DNA from: Chiloscyllium plagiosum
Taxonomy: Eukaryota
Direction: 5' to 3'
DNA: 64,000 nucleotides
Assembly: GCF_004010195.1 (NCBI RefSeq)
Contig: NC_057751.1
Coordinates: 18,135,325 to 18,199,324, forward strand
In this document: in pieces, positions 10,567-23,945 of the stretch
Numbering within the stretch: position 1 is the stretch's first letter
Layout of the letters: the number at the start of each line of letters is the position of its first letter
The notes under the pieces: generated by a model
What the model was told of the DNA's origin: nothing
The model's database searches: none
The model's input: only the letters and a program-made list of their open reading frames with translations
Program-made: the position numbers and the translations under genes

Positions 10567-11795
10567 TTGGATATGTTGGGACAGATCCAGTCTGAGATTT
10601 GGACGGATTTGAAATAATTTGGTGTAGGAAAGATCTGAGCAGATTTCAACACTTGCCAATTAGTGTCTGCGGTCTTTAAATAAAACGTAAATGAGACAAT
10701 TTGTTTACTACTTGTTATTTGTCGTTCGTTAAAAGAAAAGTACAAGGGATGGCTCCGAAACATGCTAAAGAGTTTTCGGGGTTTGAAGACGATTCCCGAA
10801 TTTGACAAGTAAGTTTAGAAAGAAAGGAGAACAACGTACTTTAAAATCTACTAGGAGGGTAGTTTTATTTGTAAGCAAAGGTAAAAGTAAATCTAAGATA
10901 GTAAGGGAATTATTCACATGGTTATGTTTGTCAGAAAAACAGAAAGGAGCAGTATAGTTGGAAAAAATATATTATAACTGAAGAAAATTGAGTGAGAAGA
11001 TAAACAAAGAGATAAAGAGGAAAAATAAAGAGAGACAAGAACTGTAGCTGAACAGAGAGAAGAAAGGGACAGAGAAAAAAGAGATAAAGAAAGAGAGTGG
11101 AAGAGAGTTCGAACTTCTGGAGTTGCAGCATAATCAGGAAAGTTAAACGAACAGCATGGAGATCAAGAGGCAAGGTATTGAATATCCAGTTACGTTACAA
11201 CTGCAAAACTTTGATGAGAAAGATGTCGAAGTCATCTTTATTTCCTTTCCAAAATTGATTAGGTAGACAGAGTGGTTAGAGGACTTGTGAATACTGCGGT
11301 TCGGATTAAACTGTGTGGCAGAGCTCGTGATTTATTGACACTGTTATCATAAGAGGGTCAACAGATTATTCAAATGTCAAACAGGATATTTTGAGTGTTT
11401 CTGACTTGATATCAGAAGCGTATACACAGCAATTCAGAAACATAAAGAAGGAACCGGGTCAGATTTATGTAGGGTTCGAATGAATTAAACACAGCCATTT
11501 TGGAAGACTGGTGGGGGCCTTGAAATGGGTATGACTTATGAAGCTCTATGAGAGGTGATTTTGCTGATGAACTTTAAAATTACACTTCCAGATACAATAA
11601 GAATTCACACGAATCAACAGAATGTTTCATAAGTGAGACGAGAAATAGCGATGGCAAATGAATATACGTTGGTGCATAAGATAAATTTGAGTTTCTGGCT
11701 AGAATTTCATCCTTACAGGGATAGAAATTGGGAGAAGGGGAGATCCTACTCTACGAGACAAAGAGTAGAGAACACTGATAACTGTTTACCACAAG

Positions 11796-12083
11796 ATTAG
11801 ATTAGATTAGATTAGATTAGATTAGATTAGATTAGATTAGATTACTTACAGTGTGGAAACAGGCCCTTCGGCCCAACAAGTCCACACCGCCCCGCCGAAG
11901 CGCAAACCACCCATACCCCTACCTTTACCCCTTACCTAACACTACAGGCAATTTAGCATGGCCAATTCACCTGGCCTGCACATCTTTGGACTGTGGGAGG
12001 AAACCGGAGCACCCGGAGGAAACCCACGCAGACACGGGGAGAATGTGCAAACTCCACACAGTCAGTCGCCTGAGGCGACTGAC
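11796..12083 (-). mobile_element. Young 5'-truncated HE1/V-SINE-type SINE with (ATTAG)n tail, nested in gag
   Basis: (attag)n, then acagtgtggaaacaggcccttcggcccaacaag and the V-SINE core ggaggaaaccggagcacccggaggaaacccacgcagacacggggagaatgtgcaaactccacac. acaag occurs on both sides. Confidence 0.92.
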
Positions 12084-15000
12084 AAGTTAAAAGTGAACTC
12101 CAAGAGTGTGGAAAGGAGGCTTGAGGCCTCAAGTGTTTCCACTGTTGGAAAATTCGGCACATAAAGTCACAGAGTTTGTTTTTAAAGGAAGACACCGTGA
12201 GAAAAAACGTGGTAAAAGAAACTAAGCCAGTTACATTAGTTTAAGTAGTAAACGAAATTCCAAGAAAAGTCAAGGAGCTGCAGGAGTGTGTACAGCCTCG
12301 GCAGAGGTTGGGTATGGAGTTAGTGTCTGGACTCTATAAAGAATTTGCCTCTGTGGGTAAATGCTACTCAGAAAGAAGGGGAAGAAGGGAAAGAAGTTAT
12401 AATTTCGAGTGATACAAGATGCAACCAGACTCTAATAGTAAGAGATGAATGTATTAGCACTCTTTCTGACCTGTTACCAGAGAGAGTGGAAAATGTGTGG
12501 GATAGGTGGACAGAAACGTAGGGTTCCCCTACTTAAAATCAGTTTGGGATGCTACTCAAGACTGGGAAGTAACAGTTGGAGGACTTGACAGAGTGTCAGT
12601 TCCAATAAACAGTTTGTTCTAATAAGCAAATTAGCAGGAACAAAGGTGAGAATGGACCCATTGTTGTGAAGAACAACAAGGAAGAGCAGAGAAGGGTGGA
12701 GCTAAAAGAAAAGTGCCCTGGTATTTTCCCAGACTGTAGAGTAACAGGGTCCCATTATCAAAAGTCACAGCTCAAAGCAAAAAGGAATTGATGTTCAGTT
12801 GACATTTGAACAGGAAAATAAAAAGCCTGAAACGAGTGTTCGGCAGAAGTGTTCAGTTCTGAATGAATGAACTTACAGCGGAAAGACGACACAATAAAAG
12901 ATCTTTATTTTGATGCAAGCTTAGAAAAGGAAGTAGAGAATTTTGTCGAGGTTTTTTTTTTCAAAGACAGGATCCTGAGACGAAACTGCAGATTACAGCA
13001 GGATATTGTCGAGAAGAAATGGACAGAATTATACCAGATTGAGTTACTGGTAGGATACAGACAGGAAATGTGACGGGTAGCACATGAACTACCAGTAGGA
13101 AGTCATGTAGGAATACAGAAGTCTCAGCCTCAGGTACGAAAAACATTTCTATTGGCCTGGAAGGCAAAATGATGTGGTTAATCTTTGCCATAACGACCAT
13201 ATATGTAATATGGGATGTAAGCCACAGACGTTAATAATACCATCATCTTTGTTGCCAAGTCCAGCATTCATAGAACATTTCATACAGGCTATAATTGATG
13301 GTATAGGTCCCCTCCTGAGAAATAAAATGGAATTGTACTTCTAAACCGTAATGGATATGTCTACCAGGTTTCTGGAGGCAACTCAATTGCGAATCATACA
13401 TGCAAAACGGGAGATAGAGAAGTTAGGAGCTTTCTTCGCGCGTTATGGGCTAAAGGGAGAGAGATTCAATCAGACTAACCGGTTACCTTTACTACCAGGT
13501 TGTTTAAGGAAGTCATGGATAGTTTCGGTATACAGCACTTTATATTAAGTCCGAATTTCCCTGAATCCTAGGGAGCTTTTGCAATTTTCATCAATTCCAG
13601 AAGACCATATTGAGAGTATCCAGTCCGTATTACATGAGTGATTTGTTTAAAAGTATCCCATTCGCATTGTTTCACATTAGAGATGGCCCAAACGAATGTA
13701 CTGGGTTTACTCTCTTTGAGTTAATATTTAGGCATGAAGGGAAAGGCACTTTAAAATTCACGAAAGAGAAATTGACAGAACCAAAGTCGGAGATCTCACA
13801 CTGGGATTATGTGTCAATGATGAGAGAGAGATTAAACTGATAGGTGAGTGAATGAAACAGCACCTGAAGATGGAACAGCAAAGAATGAAAGAGGTGGCAG
13901 ATACAAAATCGGAAATTCGAACATTTTCCCGTGGAGATGACGTATTCATATCGTTTCTAGTGACAGGAGATACTTTTATTTTCGGTTTTCGTGGTCCCTG
14001 ACAAATTGAGAATCAGTTGAGTCGAGTGAACCATCTGGCAAAAATGCTAGATGGTTCACTCGACTCAACAGTTTCTCAATTTGACAGGGACCACGAAAAC
14101 TGCCAGATTGCCAAAAACGCCAGATTGGAAAAAAAAGCTAGATCGGATATGTCTTGTGAATATTTTAAAACGTCATTAAAACAGAAAGAAGGAAATAAAA
14201 TAAAAACAGTTGTTATTTACTGCACCCTCAGAGTGAGGAATCAAATCCAGATATTTATAGAAGTTGATGTTCCTCAAAATATTTTCAACAATGAGGAAGT
14301 ACTTAAGGAGTGGGATAGGTTAGTAAGCTATCTGTCTCAGAAGCAAAGAACACTGTTGAAAAGGTTATTACATCACTGTGTGGACACATGTAAGAAGGAA
14401 ATGGGCAGGAATAATGTTATTGTGGGTGAGTTAGATGAAGTGAATGCAGTTCCGAAAAAACAACACATTTACCAGTTTAATCCTTAAAGCCAGACAGGTC
14501 CAGTAGGAAGTGAAGGGCATGGTTAACAAAGATATTGTCGAACCGAGTCAGAATGAGTGGAATTCGCCGATTGTCGTAATTCCAAAACCTGGCAGGCCTC
14601 AATGGGTTTGTGTAGTTTATCCAAAGGTCAACGCCAAAAACATTAGTGGAATCATACACAACACCGAGATTGCAGAACTGCTCAGACAAAGTTAGACATA
14701 CTGCATGGATACATGCAGTTACCTTTATCAGATAATGAAAAATAATTTTCTGTGTTTTTAACCCCAAATGGACTGTATCAATTCAAAGCAATGCCACTTG
14801 GAACGAAGAACGTACTCAACGCATTTCAAAGACTGATTAACAGAGTTGTGGCTTGATTAACAAACTGCAGCCCACTTAGTGAATGCTGGGAAGATGACAT
14901 AATGCACATGGAAGAGCTTTTGACCAATTATCAGAAACAAAACTGGTAATGAACATAAAAGAAAATTCATTCGCGAAAGCAGAGTGGACGTTCATGGGAC

Positions 15001-15784
15001 CTAACATCGGTAATGCAAGGTTGACCTCTCAGAACGCAAAGACGAATGCCATCAACAACATGAAATAAAGCGGTGCTTCAAATTATTGGGTCGAAGCGGA
15101 TATTATCGGAAATTCGTTTCAAACTTCAGCAAAATAGTGCTGCCGTTAACAGATTTGCTGAAGAAGAACATAATATTTCGGTGAGCAGAACAATGCCAGG
15201 AGGCATTTGACAATGTAAAAGCAATATTAATCGTCGTACCAGTTTAAGCTCCACCCAACGTTTTGAAACATTGAAAGCTTCAATTTATGCCAATGAAATA
15301 GGCGTTGGAGTTGTGCTGCTATGGGAAGATGATGACGGAATTGAACTACCAATTGGTTACTATTCAAAGAAACTCCAACCAGAGAAAATACTTTTGGTTG
15401 AAAAACGAGGAATTTGGTTTTGGTACTGACCTTATAACAGTTTAATGTTTATGTCATGAACAATGTGTCAGAGATGGTTGTGTACACATATCACAATCCT
15501 CTTACATAATTAGAACGCTTTAAAGTCAAGAAAATGAGAGAATTGCGTTGCCATCTTAATTTGCAGACGCTTAATTTAGAAAAGGTGCATGTTGCAGATT
15601 GTAAGAATGCATCAACAGATGCATTATCGCTGAGATTGGTATCTGCTGAATATTAGAAATGAGGAAAAGTTAAAATGAACTTCGATTAAATTTATATATG
15701 TGTCATTGTAATGTGGTTAATTGCTTGGAAGGGAAACATAGCCATGTTTTCATTGTCATGGTTTGTTTTCCTTAAGTCTGGAGT

Positions 15785-16474
15785 TGTTCTGAAGTTGAAG
15801 GTATGTACTGTCCTTTAAGAGCAAGTTAAAGCTGACAAGGACTTACCAAATATATAGTGCGCTGAAAAATATAAAAATGCAATATTTGGCTATGGAATAC
15901 ACAGCTGGAGCTGAGTTGCTACGTTACACAACAAATGCGAATTTGAGAAATTAGTTTAAATGATATCCCAAGATACCAAAATCCAATTGAATTTAAGGTT
16001 TACTATTTGGACGACATCAATCTAATCAGATGATTTGGCGTTTTGCGTTTTTAAAATCGGACGTTTTGCACAATGAGCCAGAGTGGCAACGAGCACCAAC
16101 AAACACAGACTGCCCGCAGAACTGCTCTCTGAAAGTTACCTGTTCATATGAAATCCATGCAGCAGACAACTGAAAATCTACAGAGGAAGATACAAATGGA
16201 AGACAGCGCTAACTGGCTTTGACATTGCATTTTTTTTGGTAAAATTTAACTTGGGTGGGGGAGTTAGATACGTCAATCAAACAAAGTAGGCTTACGGTGC
16301 AGATAGTTGTTCGCTAATGTTCTTTTTTTTGCAGTTAAAGAAAAAATCTTTTCTTTTAAATAGTGTGATTTGGTAGGGCATTGTCACACGTACTTTTACA
16401 GATTATGGGGCGAAGTGAGTTTTTCTGTGTTTCTGGTTTAAATTTAGCCAAAGTGTTTCCTCCGTGTCATAACA
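15785..16474 (+). repeat. 3' LTR
   Basis: Follows RNase H and a decayed PPT (ttaagtctggag), begins tgttctga and ends cataaca. Confidence 0.72.
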
Positions 16475-17524
16475 GTGAATTCTTGGATTTTTTTTGACAT
16501 TCTCCTAGTATCCAGTAAATATAGTTATAACCGATCCAGTCTCTCTTCAAGGCTTCAACCTGCTACCCCAGGAATTAGTCTGTAACCTTCACTGTGCTCA
16601 TTCAGTCGTTGGGGTTTGTTGGGAAGAAATGCCTCTGCAGAAAATATGACAAATCAAGGACTCGTGTCATAACTGTAGCCATCCCCCTCAGGAATTGTAC
16701 TTCGTCTCCTATTTCTCGTCAAATCAGATCTATCGATGTTGCTTTTTTTCTATCTTGGAAGTTCTTATTTATAAGAACAGCATTTTACTGAAGGCAATTG
16801 TCAACTGTTTAACCTATTTATTAAATGATCTATTTAATTACAGTTACCTATTAATTATTCTTATATAACTATTGTTAACTCATTATTGTTAAACTTTAAT
16901 TAAAATACAGTTGCTTCACTGGCAAGTTGGCGCTAACCTTTTCGATTCATCAAATCACGAAATGAACGTCCATAATTGTAGTGTCGTTAATCTCTTATGA
17001 ATTTTTATTTTCTTTTCAAATTTCATGACCTTAACAAAGTCATGGTAGGATGTTATCTTCTGAGCTTCATTTAAAGACAGCCAGCTAGTTAGAAGTCTCA
17101 AAAGAGGCGATTCACCCAGTGTGTCAGTGCTGATTCGTTAAATGAGCAATGTCAACAAGCGTCAAACATCGGTTTCTTCCTTTTCCCCCGTGTACGTTAT
17201 TTCTCTCAAAATAACATTTTAATACCGGATTAAATAACTCGGTTGAACATGCATTCCAGTCACTTCCAGATCATGTGTACTTCCTGGGTGAATGAAAAGG
17301 GACATACCCACTTCATTGTTTTTCCGTTTGCAGATCACTTAAGAGCACAGCAAATTTGGTAAACTTGGTTCATATATCTGTTTAGCCTTTCACTGTGTGC
17401 ACTGTTGACAGCAGGAGAAAGACGTTGTGTTAAAATGAATATCTCTGTCAGTGATTGAGGGTGCGCAATTCAATATACGTTTAAGATGTTACAACACAGA
17501 CTGTTGGTACCTGAGTGAGAAAGG

Positions 17525-17566
17525 CGTGTGTGTGTGTGTGTGTGTTGTGTGTTCGTGCGTGCGTGT
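17525..17566. repeat. (TG)n microsatellite
   Basis: Direct inspection. Confidence 0.9.
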
Positions 17567-18627
17567 CAGCAAGGCTGTCAGTAAGTATCTGTTAAAAATT
17601 GGGAAGAATGTTTGAGAGATTTAGTGTATGAATGAGCGAGAAAGTGAATGAAATTGAATAACAAACTTTGCAACTGCCAACATTCTTACATTGGTAAAGT
17701 AATTGGGCTAGTCAAACCGAGGTGCAAGCCAACATTTTTGGGAAATGGGTCCACATACCAACTTGTCAAATGTTGAAATTAAAAATCAATAAAAATGGAA
17801 CCTAGAATTTAAAAGGCATTCCAATGGCCGCCATCAAAATATGTGTTCAAAAATGTGTTCACTGACGCCCATTAAGTAGATAAATCTTTATTTTCTTTTC
17901 ACCTGAGATAAAACAAGACAATAGTAACGTGGTTAATTCATACGCTTCAGCAGGACTTTTAAGAATGGGTAATAAATGTCAGCCTCAACACAGACCTCAG
18001 TAGCTATAAACCACCCAATGCTAATATGTAGCAACCAACGCTTAAACCTCTCCTTATGGCAAAATAACATATTCTGCAAATGAATAATTTCATTCTGAGA
18101 TTGTTTATTAAGAGAGAGTTGAATTTTTATGGCCCAAACTAACTAAGACTAATGGTATTTCAGCCGTTTTTTCTTGACAGCATCTCGTCCATTCCTACCC
18201 CAGCTGCTATCGCAGCCAAAACCAAAAACGGGGCTCTCCAGATTTACTTATTACCGTTAGAGACAGTGATTTTCATCCCGTCCATAGAATGAGAGATATA
18301 ATTGAACATTTAAAAGTACAGGACAGGATCAGATCTTCTGTTAACCATATCTGTGCCAACCATAATGCCGTTTGAAAGTAATTCCATTTAGCTATACAAT
18401 GTCCATAATCCCAAACTGTGTTCTTTTGAGGTTTCCATCTAATGCCGAGCAGAAAAAAGATGCTAGCAACACGGAAACATTTCTTTATTTAAATAATAGC
18501 TGTTAAAAATAATAACGTGTCAAACTAAGATATCAGAATGTATGGACCTTGTTTCGGAGGAATGCTGTTTGCATTCCTGAACAGATGTGAGAAGCTGCGA
18601 TTCTAAACAGCAATTTTGGAAGAGATA

Positions 18628-18908
18628 CTAGATTAGATTACTTCCAGTGTGGAAACAGGACCTTGCCGTCCAACAAGTCAACTCCAACCTGCAGAAGCGC
18701 AACCCACCCAGACCCATTCCCCTACATTTAGCATGGCCAATGTACCTAACCTGCACATTTTTGGATTTTGGAGGAAACTGGAGCACCCAGAGTAAACCCA
18801 AGCAGACACGGGGAGAATGTGCAAACTGCACACAGAGAGTCGCTTGAGGTGGGAATTGCACGCGGGTCTCTGGTGCTGTGAGGCAGCAGTGCAACCACAG
18901 TGCCACCT
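18628..18908 (-). mobile_element. HE1/V-SINE-type SINE, near full length
   Basis: gattagatta tail, V-SINE core, and a tRNA-like head with A and B boxes on the minus strand. Confidence 0.9.
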
Positions 18909-19943
18909 TGCCATAAACAAACTGACATAAACAAACTTTTAATCAATGATAAAATCAAGGCTTAGGGCACAAGTGGCAGGAACGTGACAGTCATGATTAT
19001 CAGACAAACCTTGACCTCATTAAATAACAGAGCAAACACAATGGGCTGAAGGGGCCACTTCTCCTCCTTCGTTGCATGGTTTGATCCAATACAAAGGATA
19101 AACTATTCCTACATGTTTTGCACTTGCTTTTCTCCCCATCTCTCTCCTCATTTTGCCTATTGCTCCAACACAGTGCCTCAATGACTGTAGTTTGGGTGGT
19201 GTAAGGCTGCTGAGTTTCACTCAGGACATAGTTAAATATATCTTAGGTGTATCAGCTGACACCCCGATCGGATTTGGTACTGAAGGCAGTTCTACAGCAT
19301 TCTGTGATTCATTTGCAATCCAGTGGAAACGCTGAATGGACTCCTGCATCCTTTCATCTACTGAGGAATAAGGAACGAAAACATATCATCTGCCATAATC
19401 TTACTGAATGCTGGAGCTGGCCAAAACAAGTAAACCATCCTCAAATAGAGGAAAGGGCTACAGGCAGTACTCCTTGCTCTGGCAAACCTATGAAAATGCG
19501 TGAGAGAAGCATTATTGTCTTTGACTTGTTTGCATTGCAGCAGTGAACAGGGTCCACCATATCTTTCGGCCAACCAGATTCAAAGCAATGAATATCCTCT
19601 TGTGTCACAATTGGCTGATGGAATATAATGCTGGACAATGTGATGTTACACAGGTTGGCAGGAGGCTTTGGAGAGCTGTATATAATTTGAATGGAGAAAG
19701 GCTGCAGAAGGTAATAGAGCAGATGTATTTGAGAATGCTTGTCCATGAAAAAGAAAGATTAAAATCCTAGATTAACTGGTAATGATTAACCAAAATGAAA
19801 TTTCGTTATTTATTTCAAAATTAATTGCCTGTAACAGTGGAGAGGATTTCGTAGAAATGTATTGGGTATGAGTCAGTCCACCGTTGGAATACTAAGAATC
19901 GTTGGGGTCCTGTATCGCCCTGTATTGGGAGGGGGGGGGAGAG

Positions 19944-20070
19944 AGGCACAGTAGCTCAGTGGTTAGCACTGCTGTCTCACAGGACCAGAAACCCGGGTAT
20001 GATTCAAGCTTCGGGTGACCGACTATGTGGAATTTGCAAAGTCTCCCTGTGTCTACATCATATCTTCCAA
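19944..20070 (+). mobile_element. SINE 5' part (tRNA-derived head)
   Basis: ggcacagtagctcagtggttagcactgctgtctcacaggaccagaaacccgggt. Confidence 0.8.
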
Positions 20071-20299
20071 ATATTACCTTTTGATTTTGACATTCTGCTG
20101 TCTGGAATCAAACAGCTGTCGACATTGTCTTTTTCCAGTAGCAGTGGCAGTGGGAGGAGTGGTAGCGAGGTCCAGGGCCAGCTGGGAAGGAAAATGTGAA
20201 ATTATGTAAACTTACCTCTTGAATAGGCAGAGTAAATGCTGAGCAGAGGTGGAGAATGGACTGCTGAGCAAATGAAGAAATATATTTGCATGGTTTCGT

Positions 20300-23200
20300 T
20301 ACCTGAAACACTACTTAGGTAATGTCTCCTACCCATCCTCCTCCTCTAACCAAAGGAAACAAAACTACGTTTCTGTGCGCTGGATTGGTACAGAAATAAG
20401 CTTTATTTTGCTCATTTTAATTCAACAATCTCTTTGGGAATTCAGAAAGTGGGAATTGTGGTTTGGGCAGTTGCATGTTAATACTGCACAATGTGGGGGT
20501 TAAGGGTCACGACTCATGTCCTTGCTGACTTCATCTGCGGAAAATGCACACAACTCCAATTCCTCGTAAACTGTATTAGGGAAGCGGAGCTGAATTTGGA
20601 TGAACTTCGGAACATAAGGGAGGGGGGAACGGGTTGTTGTTAGGATTTACGAGGAGATCGGCGCACCTCAGGGACAACAAAAAGATGGATGGTTTATTGT
20701 CGGGGACGGAAAGGGAACCGGCAGGGATTGCAGGGAATCGTTGTGGCTGTTCCCTCAAAACAATGTGTACGCTTTTGTATATTATTTGGGCGGATAACTT
20801 AGCATGGGTAAGCCATGTGGTACTTGACTGTGGCAGAGTTTGTCCCGTTTGTACAGAAGAGAAAGTGGGAGATGAGCACAGCTTTAGTCCCTGAGGACTC
20901 CATCAGGTAGGAGATTCTGGTGGTAGGAGAGGAATGTTGCCTCGCAGGTGTCAGAGCCCGTGCTGTCTCAGGTCGTGTTTTCAGTTTCCTTGAGGGGAGG
21001 AGGAGCAGCTTTAAGTTATGGTCAGCATAGTTACTAACGACATAGGTAGGAAAATAAATGGTGATTTAAGGCAGACATTCAGGAAGGTCGGGTTTAAGCT
21101 TAGTGCAATAACAAACAGAGTTGCTATCTCTGATTTGGTGCCTGTTCCACGTGCTAGTGTGGTGAAGAATCGGGGGAAAGGTGTTGATTATGTCGCTACA
21201 AGGATGGTGCAGGAGGGTTGGTTTTGGATAGCTGGATACTTGGAACTCATTGTGGGGTAGGTGGGAACTCTATAAACAGGATGGTCTACAACTATACCTA
21301 CACCTACTAGTAGCAATACTCTGGGGGGCAATTTGATAAGGCTGCTCACGAAGGTTTAATCTAATTCAGTAGGAGGATGGGATCCCAATATGTAGTTCAG
21401 CGTCAGGAGCTTGTGCGTACTGAGGCCAGAAATATGGTTTCAAAGGCCGCAAGAGAACACCAACAAGCAGAAAGGCGGTTTGAAATGTGTCTAATTCAAC
21501 GAGCATCCGTAATAATGTAGGTGAACCTGCCGCGGGGGTTGGTATGTGGGAGTTCGATGATCTGGCCATTTCTGAGACACGGAAGAGCAGGGACAGAAAT
21601 AGTTGTTGCAGGTGCTGGAGTTCAAATGTTTCAGTAGAACAGAGAAGATGGTAAAAGAGGGGGATGTATGGCGTTGTTTATCAACCACAGCATTATGAAA
21701 CCAGATAGGACGTATGAGGAATCGTCTCCTGATGTAGTATGTGCTGAAGTTGGAAACAGGAAAGGAGTTATTACCATGTTGGGAGTTTTTTCCAGACCTC
21801 CAAATAGTTCCAGAGATGCAGAGGAAAATATAACAAAGATAATTCTGGATAAAAACGTAACTAACAGGGTCGTTTTTATGGGGTCATTATCCTTTCAAAT
21901 ATTGACTGGAACTACTATAGCTTGAATTTCTTCGACGAGTCAGCTTCCGTCCAGTGTGTACAGCATGATTTCCTGACACAGTATGGAGATATGCCAACAA
22001 GGGGCGAGGCCACTTTGGATTTGGCAGTGGGTAATGAACCCGCCAACTGTGAAATTTGTAGTCACGTGATGGTGACTACAAGTAGGTGATGTTTATTTTA
22101 GTGGCGGAAAGGGATAGGTATATGTCACAGGCAAGAATTATACTGGGGGAAAGACAATTCTAATACGATTAAGCAAGATTTAGGTTGCAAAAAATGTGGA
22201 ATGAAACTGCAGGAGATGAGCACAAATGAAATTTGGAGCTCAGTCAATGAACAGCTACTGAATATCCTTGATACTTACTTGTCTGGCAGGGAGGAAGTGG
22301 TCAAGTGCGGGAGCCAGGTTTTACGAAAGAAGTTGAATCTGTTGAAAAAAGGAAAAGGAAGGCTTAATGTTCTGATGAGACGTGAAGGCTCAGTTCGGGT
22401 GCTTGAAACTTACAATTTTGTTGGGAAAGGAAAAGCTGTTGACAGGTAGGAACAAGGAAAATTCGAAAGCTTTCTAAAGCTATATTAGGAAAAAGGAATG
22501 GCTAGAAATAGATTAGACCCAATCAAGGAGAGTAGCGGGAAGTTGTGCGCGGAGTATGGAGATATAGTGGAAGTGCTACATGAATATTTTTCGTTCGTAT
22601 TCGCACTGGAAAAAATACAATGCTGTCGAGGAGAATACCGTGATACAGGCTACTTGACTAGTTTGGATTTACGTTCACAAGGAGGAGATATTAGCAATTC
22701 TGGAACGTGGAAAATATATATGCCCCCTGGATAAATCCGAGGAGCCATGGAGGAGATTGCTAGGCTTTTGGCTTTGCTCTTCATGTCATCATTTTCTACA
22801 GGAGTAGTGCCAAAAAGTCTGGACGATAACAAATGTTGTTTCCTTGTTCAAGAAGTGGAGTAGAGGCGACACTAGTAAATATAGGCAGAGAGATGGACTT
22901 TAGTTGAGGTTAAAATGTTGGAAAATGTTTTAAAAGATAGGATTTATAATCGACTAGCGAGGAATATGTTGATTAAAGATAGTCATCGGGTTTGGTGAAG
23001 TATAAGCCGTGCCTCACAAATTTATACAGTTCTTTTAAATGGTGAGCAAACAGGTGTATGAGATTGAAGCGGTTAATCAGGTGTATATGGAGTTAAGATA
23101 GACATTTTATAAGGTTCCCTACGGTCAGTTATCGGAGAAAATACAGAGGTGTGGGATTGACAGTGACTTAGCTATTTGGATCAGAAGTTGGCCAGTGGAA

Positions 23201-23945
23201 AGAAGACAGAGAGTGTGGTTGGTGGGAAATGTTCTTCTCGAGTTTGGTTAGGAGTGGTGTATTAGGAGTGTTTGTCATTTCTCTAAATCACCGAGGGGAG
23301 AGCGTGTTGGGCTGTGTTAGTAAATTAGTGAATGACACTCAGGTCAGTTGAATTGTCGGTAGTTCTGCATGTCATTGAGGAACATAGATAAGCTGCAGAG
23401 CTGGGTTGAGAGGTGGCAAATTGCGTTTAATGCGGATAAGTGTAAGGTGATTCACTTTTGAAGGAACAACAGGAAGACTGTGTAATGGACTATGGTAAGA
23501 TTCTTGCGAGTGCTGTTGAGCAGAATTAACTTGGTGTCCTTGTATGTAGATCCCTCAAAGTTGCCACCCATGTTGACAGTGTTATTAACAAGGTATACAG
23601 TATGTTAGCTTTTATTGGTAATGCAACTGAGTTTCGGAGCCACGAGGCCATGTTGCAAACGTACAAAACTGGACATTTGGTCCTAGTTCCGGTCGGCACA
23701 ATATGGGAAGAATGTGGAAATTTTGGAATGGGTTCAAATGAGTTTTACTACCGTATTGGCTAGTATGGGGGGAAGGCGTTAGGAGGAAACGCTGATGGAA
23801 TCGAGGTTGTTTTAGCTCCAGTGAAGAAATTCGAGAGCTGAATTTATTGAAACATACAAGATAGTCAGAGGATTAGATAGGATGGTCACTGAGAGCCTTT
23901 TTCCATTGCATTGTGATGGCTAGCAGCTTTAAGTTGAGTGGGTCT
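20300..23945 (+). mobile_element. Near full-length degenerate CR1 LINE (ORF1 Zn-finger plus esterase; ORF2 endonuclease plus RT)
   Basis: ORF1 remnants DFICGKCTQLQ, DSIR, CCLAGVRAR, VTNDIGRK and YKQDGLQL. ORF2 remnants GVFSRPPNSSRDAEE, EVLHEYFSFVF and LVNDTQV (FADDTK equivalent). Its 3' end resumes at 25456-25700. Confidence 0.88.

Larger units (their letters stand above)
9828..16474 (+). mobile_element. Degenerate full-length Gmr1-like Ty3/Gypsy LTR retrotransposon (gag-PR-IN-RT-RH order)
   Basis: Gag FDEKDVEVIFISF at ~11210, protease region ~12350-12640, integrase (FCHNDHIC, IIDGIGPL, MDMSTRFLEA, FTLFELIF) ~13050-13800, RT (EPSQNEWNSPIVVIPKP, FKAMPLG) ~14500-15050, RNase H (IYANEIGVGVVLL, PIGYYSKKL, TDALS) ~15250-15630. 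Similar terminal repeats both end in cataaca. Flanks are gtgc and gtga. Confidence 0.88.
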
